This document shows, one piece after another, positions 55,850 to 64,000 of a stretch of DNA of 64,000 nt; position 1 is the first letter of the stretch; every line of letters begins with the position of its first letter. The position numbers and the translations under genes were made by a program. The stretch lies in NCBI RefSeq assembly GCF_009914755.1, contig NC_060927.1. The stretch is one strand, 5' to 3'. The DNA is from the human T2T-CHM13v2.0 reference genome, Homo sapiens. The notes below the pieces were generated by a model. It was not told the origin of the DNA. It was given only the letters and a program-made list of their open reading frames with translations, and searched no databases.

Positions 55850-55926
55850 ATGTAATTAGAAAGTGGAACAGATGTGAAGGTTAATTTTAATTTAGTGCGT
55901 CCATTACAAAGAAATATATATACTGC
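55850..55926 (-). pseudogene. Exon relic (3' end uncertain)
   Basis: ttcctcctttccctag| start; reads AVYIFLCNGRTKLKLTF[fs]ICST. Compare HMGXB3 ECWLLTASRLQTVTAQVKMC. Confidence 0.5.
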
Positions 55927-56011
55927 CTAGGGAAAGGAGGAATTTTGTTTCTTGTATGAATGTTCAGCTCTAGTTAGATATAAGAGCAGAGAAGTGGACT
56001 TTAGGACTCAC

Positions 56012-56359
56012 TATATGGAAACATACGTAGTAAGACAAGTCACAAATATTGTAATAGTAATTTATGAAGCATACTTTGTATTATGTGGTAGATGGGGAAG
56101 TTGGAGTTTTCCGCTTAGAGATTTAGAGAGGTAGAGTATTCGTTAAAGTAATACATTATTTCATAAGATATTTCTACTTTGGGCTGGTTTATTGTGTGCA
56201 CCTGCTCTTCGGAAAACATCTTTCTCCTCCTCAATCCCAATAATAGGATTAGAGGGTACAGCAAGCTCTCAGACAGGCTTTCTCTCCTTCCAACTGTGTA
56301 TATTTTGGCTAGGGCTATTGCCAAGTGTCTGCTGCCTTGTAGGTTGGCTATCTTTGATA
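56012..56359 (-). pseudogene. Exon relic, start of HMGXB3-similar region
   Basis: ttttatctactttttctag| 348 nt |gtgagt; reads IKDSQPTRQQTLGNSPSQNIHSWKERKPV*ELAVPSNPIIGIEEEKDVFRRAG...RILYLSKSLSGKLQLPHLP...[fs]INYYYNICDLS. Compare HMGXB3 STLQLLRKVLQIP and SNYYESPSTQCLLC. Confidence 0.6.
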
Positions 56360-59224
56360 CTAGAAAAAGTAGATAAAATAAATCAAGCCATGGTAAAAAG
56401 GCCCTAGAGCAGACTGTGGTAATAATTGTCAATTTTATATTTGCATCTCACTGGATAAAATAGGCCTCTGTGTTTTTCCTACCATTAATTTAATTCATAC
56501 ACACCAAATTTTATATTTTCAATTTGCATTGGGAGACAAAAATAGGATTGATGATGATCTGCCAGTTTTACCCTAAGGTTTAGAATAATACTCTGCACTA
56601 GATGAGAAAATGGCCAACTAAAAATATTTTGCACAAGATCATTTTGCCTTCAGCTTTTTGAAAGTGGGATTTAGGAAAGCTCTGTCTTAGGTGCCAAATT
56701 CTAGCTGCACATGCCATATTTGAACTTTGGATCTACTTTCCATACGAAAGTTTTAATTTCAGAAAGAAAATTTCTTAAAAAAACCTCCTTATATTCTAAA
56801 AACCAGAAGTCAGGAATAGAAAAACATTTGCTCCATAGCATTTTCTAAGAAAACAAGTATTTGGCATTAATTGACTATGATAAAGGAAAGAAAACTTTTA
56901 AAATTATTCCAATCATTGTCAAAATATGCAATGCATTTTTGGAGTTCAATGTGTCTTAATATTAAAGATCTATAATAAGACCAATAAATAGAATTGTGCA
57001 CAAAATACATAAAGAAAAGTAGAATATTAAATCCATGGTGATAAATTATTCCTAAACTACCTGAACCGGACTGACAAGATGAAGGTAAAACTTTTCATTT
57101 GTGACATGCTTTTTGATGCCATTGACAAAAGATATTTTCAAAAACATCAGTTATTGTCTAAACACACGAAATGTACAGTAGCACTTCACTTCCTCATGTT
57201 TTTGTGTATAATATGGATAGTAATACCAATTTCACCATATTATTGTTAGAGTTCAATAAAATGTTGTATTAAACAATATTGCTCTGTGACAGGGTAGCCA
57301 TTCAAGACTGAACCTTCGCTACATAGCTCCCCTTTGCACATTGACATTTATTTTGTTTCAAATTCAGGCCTCAGCAACAGAAACTACTATTATTTGTAAT
57401 GAATCATCTGGATCAATACATCTACAAATATTTAAACTTGTCATCCAAGATTCACCTTTAACTTTGTCCTCAAGTTCTATCTCACTGGCCTAATGTTTCC
57501 AAAGGCAAGAAAAATCATCCAATATCTGCAATAATTTTCTCTGCTTCCATCAGCAATGTGAATCACAGCTTTTACTATTATTTGTTCTAAACTCTTGGAC
57601 CTAAATAACCTTCATGCTAACATTTGTTGTTTGATCTTCAATTACCAGAGTGTATATTATATGGAGATAGAATTAGATAAGTACAGGTGCAGTTTCTTAT
57701 TTAAAGCTCTGTGGGATTTTTCTTTAGTGAAACCATAGCAAATGGTAATAGTTCCAAATAGACGTGATTTGCTAACCTACAAGAGAACAAAGTAAGTTTT
57801 AGCAGCAGGTGATGGTCACAGTATTCCAAGGAGGACCACATGAGCTATGGATGAAGGATTGAGCCTGGATAATCTTGCCTTTGTGATGCTGCCCAATTCT
57901 GTAAATGACTTTCTCACTTCATTCAACCCCCTCTATCCAGTCATTGGCCAGCCTATTCTGTTTAAATTATCCTGTCTCAGCTTCTGGTCTAATCAGAATG
58001 GTAGTCAGCACTGCTCAACTCATTATTCCTGCAGTGCTGAGCTCCACAGGAGCCAAAACATAATGTACCTACATAATAGATGACTGAATTCGAAATAAAA
58101 ATAAGCTATTTGTTTGAAATTTACCTCCCATATATTATATACTTGCATAGGAGGTCTCCTAAGAGTCTGTAGGGGAGCTTTGTCTGGAAACGTTATATAA
58201 TATATGTTTACGTGCTGAGAGCAGAATACACATGTGATTACAATACTGTTTCATAGCACTGATTTCGTTTCCTTTTTTTTTTTTTTTGGAATACATCCTT
58301 GAGAAAATTGGAATGCAAGTTCTATGACCAAACGACCAAACATATGCCTAAATAACATTCTAGCCTTGAGACAAATAGTTCCATAGGTGCATATATACAC
58401 ATAGATATAAATCACAGATTATAACTGCAATTTCTGTCATTAGAGGGTTTCAAATGTTCTTCAGCTTTGTGGTGTGCATATGATGGTCTAACCAAAATAA
58501 ATGATTTCTCTATGCGTACCGTGAGCTCTGTCAAGATTGAGAGCCCATTGTCTAATAATTTAGAACATTACAAAGGTCTATTTTCTGGATCTGAAAGAGA
58601 TATTACTTCAAGCATAAATGCTGTTAGTGGGAGGAAGAAAATTTATCCATATTTCTCCCTATGTATCATTGAAAATGTGCAGGTATACATTTTACATCAT
58701 TATTATTATTACCTGATGGCTATTCAGCACGCAGCCATCAAAGTGCATGATACATGTCCCTTCAGTTGAACACCGGAAAGCTATGAGCTAGTATAATTTG
58801 CCAGCTCTGGAGAGGACTGTCACTTACAATTTATGACTCTTAAATGGAAATTAAGGATGATAAACAAAAGTTTATGGAATGAGTTGCCTTTATGGGAAGA
58901 GGGTTAACATTAGTAGCCTGACAAGATTCAGGTGTTTCCTTAAAAGTCTCTTCAGCACAAAACCTTTATTATAGAAGCCTGTGTATAAAAACTTGTGAAC
59001 TCATCTAAACCATGCATTTTTTTTTGGTCAAAGTGTTAATAAAAAGCTTTATTCATTTCAGGGATTTCAGATGTTAGTATAAATCATCTCTCTATATACT
59101 AGAGATTAAGTTAGGTTATTCCACAACTTAAACAAAGGAAACAAACAAACGAAAAAAAACATTGTGGTCGAAACTGAGTTAGGAAAGTCCACTGCTTTTA
59201 GCTATCTACAGCAAATCATAAAAA

Positions 59225-59336
59225 TGGAGTGACTAACTCATTCCACTTTTCCTGGACTGCCCTGGTTTTAAACCTAAAAGTTCCATATTCAGGAAACCTC
59301 TTTATTACCGGGAAAATTGAAATGGTGGTCGCCTTG
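59225..59336. mobile_element. MER81 (hAT-Blackjack MITE)
   Basis: GGAGTGACTAACTC...CCTGGACTGCCCTGGTTTTA..AAAGTTCC...GGTGGTCGCCTT, resembling recalled MER81. Confidence 0.6.
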
Positions 59337-61251
59337 GATAGTGACAACTAGAAAATGACAATGGCCCTTAATTAGAAACTTCTTATATCCAAAAATGGGA
59401 TGGTAGGAAGTAAACACATTTTATCCCCCCTGCCACAGACCACAAAGATACACACACAAACATGCATGTACAAATGACTAGGTAAGATCAACAAAGAGTA
59501 ACCGAGCGTTAGAAACTAGAAGTGAGTGATAAACACATTTTAAAGGCAAAATGAAATTTAAAAACAAATCAGTAGTATTAACCTTAGCTATGCTAATTAT
59601 GAAGCTCAATTCTCACTGATAGATGAAGTGTCTTCAGCATACTTTGGTGGTTAAGAGCATAATCTTTGAAGCTGGGCGACTTATCAAACAAGAATGAAGA
59701 TGTATGTCTTTTAATGAGTTAATACATATAAAGCACCCAGAATATAATGCTTGTTACTGCTATTCCTTCATCTTCAGTTTGTCATTTGATATGAGTGACA
59801 GTATATTTGCTGTTGGCTTTCTTTACAATTGCAAATTTGTCTCTTGAAACTGAGATGGCATCAAGCAATAAGCAAAATTAAAATGAGATGTCATATATTT
59901 AGATATTAATATTCACAACGTTTTTTCATATTATTTTAATCTTGATTCACATTTTGACTATTCTCAGATACATTTATACAGGTTCTTGTGGATATTTCAC
60001 TTTGAGTTAACAGTTATATAGATGAACCATACTTGTATGACCACAAATGCAACACTAGTCGTCCTCTTTGTACAACACCATTACATTATTAACACGTTTG
60101 ATAAAAATAATAAACATAAAAACATTTATTTTGCATTAATTTTATAAATCACTCTTTGGTTACAGGTATGCATCCCGAAGTATCATATTGGGACAGTCCG
60201 TGGAAAAATAAAAATTAAATTAACAACATTGGTTCAGTATGTAATTGCAGCCTTGCCGACTTTATATACAAATTTGTGTCTCTTGAATAAAATTCAATGA
60301 AAATATTGTGCAAGCTGATGCTGCTCTGAAATTTTAATTTACAGACAAGATTAAGGATATACATAGTAAAGAATGGTGAGTAAATGGTTTGGAACTGGGA
60401 TGTATTAATGAATTGCAGTGCATTAATAAATCTTATATGTTCATTTTTAACCTGTGAATAATAGCAAATAAAATATTTTAGAATCAGATTTATTCATTAC
60501 ACCAAATAAAATTTTAAAAATATCAGGGTCATAAATTGCAAATATATAGGAGTCTGTTTTTGCCTTTCATTATCTCTGTCACTTCAATCAATATTGTGGT
60601 TTATAAAAGAAAGGTGAATAGCGATATAAGGAAAAAATAGCTTGCTTTATAGATAGGATTAAAAATACAATTGATTAGATGTGTATTTGAAGGGATATTT
60701 CTTTTTTTCTTCCTACTGCATCAAATATTTACAAGAATCTCTTTTGAGTTATTGGGGAATCTTCTATCATATTAACTCAACAAAGCATATTTTTTAATAA
60801 AAATCTTATACCTCTATTATTAGTGCATAATTCAGTTGATGTTATGTTTTTATTTATAAGTTATTGCAGGTTTCATGGACATTTATGTATATATATGCAT
60901 TTAATTGTAATAATGTTCATTAATGGCTTCAAAAATTATTGTGTCCATAATTAATTAGCTACAGTTGAAAACATTTAAAGCCTACTAAAACTTATAAAAA
61001 AACACATGTTATATAGCTAAAGAAAATATCTTTCCCATATAAATAAAAAATGTGAATTTATAAAAGATGCTAATAAAGAGAGCACCATGAAATTAAACTT
61101 AGGGTGTTTTTTTTTTTAACTTTCTAGAGAAATGACAAACTGGTATAGACTGAGAGCTCCTTCCATTATAATTCACTCTGTAGAAACTATGAAAAAAATA
61201 GCTAAACATGAAGCCAAGGAATTAAAAATAACTGTTAGAAGTACTTGTAGA

Positions 61252-61522
61252 GGGTGGGCACAGTGGCTTATGTCTGTAATCCCAGCATTTTGGGAGGCAG
61301 AGACAGAAATTACTTGAGCCCACGAGTTTGAGACAAACCTGGGAAAATACAGCTAGACCCTATCTTATTTAAAATTTCAAAAATTAGGCCAGGCATGGTG
61401 GCTCCCATCTGTATTCCCTGCACTTTGGGAGCCTGAGGTGGGTATATCACTTGAGTGCAGGAGTTTGAGACCAGCCTGAATAACATAGAGAAACCCCGTC
61501 TCAAAACAAACAAACAAACAAA
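61252..61522 (+). mobile_element. FLAM-FLAM (left-arm/left-arm) Alu dimer
   Basis: Two left-monomer-type units (second starts 61387) inside one perfect 14-bp TSD, AAGTACTTGTAGAG. Confidence 0.75.
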
Positions 61523-61999
61523 AAGTACTTGTAGAGACTCAGTTTTTTTGAACTGAGGTAAAAGTAGGATACATTTCACCAGCTAGGGATGTTGGTGGTA
61601 GGTTTATCAGAGGAATGATATATTGGAAAGCAGATTAAATTCCTGCTCTTGAAAGGAACATTGTAGTCCCCACTTCCATTGTGAGTTGAAAATAAGCAGC
61701 AATAGTCCATCCCATGGGGAACATGTTGTATGATACAAAAGGAGTGCTAAGTCCCAGCTGGGGAAAATAACTGATGAAAACTGGTATAGGAAATCAATTA
61801 CCCAATACTCTATCCTCTTTTGAATATTCAAATTTTGATGATTACAAGCTAAAGAGTATATCTTTTTCTAGCAATATTTGTTTCCAAAATTTAAATGAGA
61901 TTTTCTAAATAGAGAAGTTGTTTGAGGCAGTGGTAGTAAACTGAGCTGCACATCAGTCCATCTGTACTACCTAGAATCTATTGACAATCCTAACATCTT

Positions 62000-64000
62000 A
62001 TAGCACCAAGAGGGACAAAACTGGAGCCTGAAGGTCAGCTTTTACTATAGTATCCAAGCAGAAACAAGGTTGCCAAAACCTCCAGAAAACATGAAATTGT
62101 AGATAAAAAATAATTAGACATCTGTAATGACATAAGACCACTATAAAAATAAGCAGCAAACACAGCAATATAGAAGCAATGAAGCAGTGGAACATAGATA
62201 TCAAGGAGAACACATATATTTCATATATGTTTTATGTGCTATACATAAATATATATAAATTATACATGTATATGTAAAAAAGGAAATACATTTATTTGTA
62301 AATTAAGTGAAATAAAGTCCAAAATTGTGAGAAAGAGCACACAGAAGATGTTAGAAGGAGAACAAGAAGATTAGAGCGAATGGGAAAATTAAAATTATAG
62401 TCTAAAAGAACATACTGAATAACTCTTCCAGGAGATGACAAGTTAGAGTAAAAAAAGAAAATTAAATTAAATAGTTAAGAATGATAAAAATAGGAGAAAT
62501 ATAATCATATAAATAATTGAAGTTTCTGCAGAAAAAAATGTGTATTGAAAATGTTTGCAAAATTAATGAAAATATTTTTAGAATGAAAACAATATAAAAA
62601 CATAAGATAGACTGCTCAAAGAATGCCAAATAAGATAAAAAAAGAAAGGTATACTAAGATATATTATATTAAAATTTTAGAAATTGAGAGATAAATGATT
62701 TTAAAACCTTTCAGAGAAAGACTACCATAAGTAACAAAAATTTAGAATGACAATACAGCCCTATACAGAAATCATAGAGCTATCATAAAAATGTTTTCAA
62801 AGTATAAACAGAAACATTTGAATACTAATTCTGCAAAATTGTTGTCTATATGTGTGTTTCAAATATGTAGACATTTAAGACTTCAGAAGTGTTTTCACTA
62901 TAAGGTCATTTAAAAAACGTTCTGCAAGGAAGAACTGAAATAAGAATAAAAAATAATTTCTTCCAGATAAAGGGGTATTACAATCTGAAATAACATATAA
63001 ATCTTTGCCTCTCTAAAATAAGAAAACTAAATACTTTGACCGTATAAAAATATGCAATAACAAGTAATCTGTGGAATATCTTTACCTAATGAAAAAATTA
63101 ACTAAGTTAGTTTTTTCTTAGGTTTAGATTTCTTAGGTTTATTTTTTATAGAAACTGGTCTAAATATCAGTTTCTAGAAAATGCAAGGAAGAGCAAGACA
63201 AATAATATTATGTCATAAAGAAGTACTCAACTTTCAGCAACCCAGCCCAACTAGAAACAAACTGACAACAAGTTCTGCCTGGCTGAACTGGCATATTCAG
63301 CATCCTTGTCTTGACTAAATCTTAAAGGTCTATCACTACCAAAAACCTTACAAAGGCAAGAAGATGTGCATTTTTCTTCACGTGCACACACCAATGCAAG
63401 GACACAAGAATTACAAAGAATTATGAAATATGAAACCATCAAAAGTGCTAGTAAATCAATAATGGATATGGAGGAAATGGAGATCTATGAAATGACTGAC
63501 AAAAAATTCAATAAAGAAAAATAATTTTGAAGAACTTCAGGGAACTCCAAGAATATATGAATAGAAAATTAAGTAAAAATTGAAAAAAGGCCATGAACAA
63601 AATAAAAAGTTTAACAAATTAAACAGTAAAAAATAGAAATCCTAGAGATAAGGAATACAAGTACTAAACTGAAAAAATCAATAGAAAGCTCTCATAGCAG
63701 ATTAGGTCAAGCAAAAGAAAGAATCAGTAAGTTCAATTTTGTACAACCATTATGGAAAAGTGTATGGAAATTTCTGAAAAAAATAAAACTAGAACTTCTC
63801 AATTATTTAGCAATCCTATTATTGGCTACATATCCAAAGAAAATAGAATCAGTATGTCAAAGAATATCGACATTTCCATGTTTATTTCAGCATTATTTAT
63901 TATAGCGAAGATAGGAAGTCAATCTAAGTGTTTCATCATTGAATAACTGGATAAGAAAACCTAGTATATATGCCAAATAAAATAATATTCAGCTATAAAA
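62000..64000 (+). mobile_element. Old L1M fragments (ORF1-like region, then ORF2 3' end from ~63735)
   Basis: A-rich L1 ORF1-like sequence (GAAATGACTGACAAAAAATTCAA...CAAGCAAAAGAAAGAATCAGT), then ACAACCATTATGGAAAA..TATGGA...ATGTTTATTTCAGCATTATTT. Confidence 0.7.

Overview
AT-rich primate (human-like) genomic DNA with no intact protein-coding gene. It carries Alu (FLAM, S, Y), L1, L2/MIR, LTR (MER52A, MLT1, MST, MLT2, MER31-like) and DNA-transposon relics (Tigger1, MER1A, MER82, MER81, MADE1). The main result is a minus-strand, spliced, heavily decayed gene fossil of about 21-26 candidate exons spanning ~27.2-60.3 kb. Reading the exons by hand (mostly AG/GT boundaries, often phase-compatible) gives a colinear protein. 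It resembles the transposase-derived C-terminal half of HMGXB3 (Cys-rich CxC-type region, SAP-like helix pair, KDZ/Zisupton core), followed by a degenerate Ulp1/SENP (C48) protease-like domain, which HMGXB3 lacks but Zisupton transposons carry. The best reading is a second, independently domesticated Zisupton-derived gene that later became a unitary pseudogene. All protein comparisons are by eye against sequences recalled from memory and need confirmation by database search.
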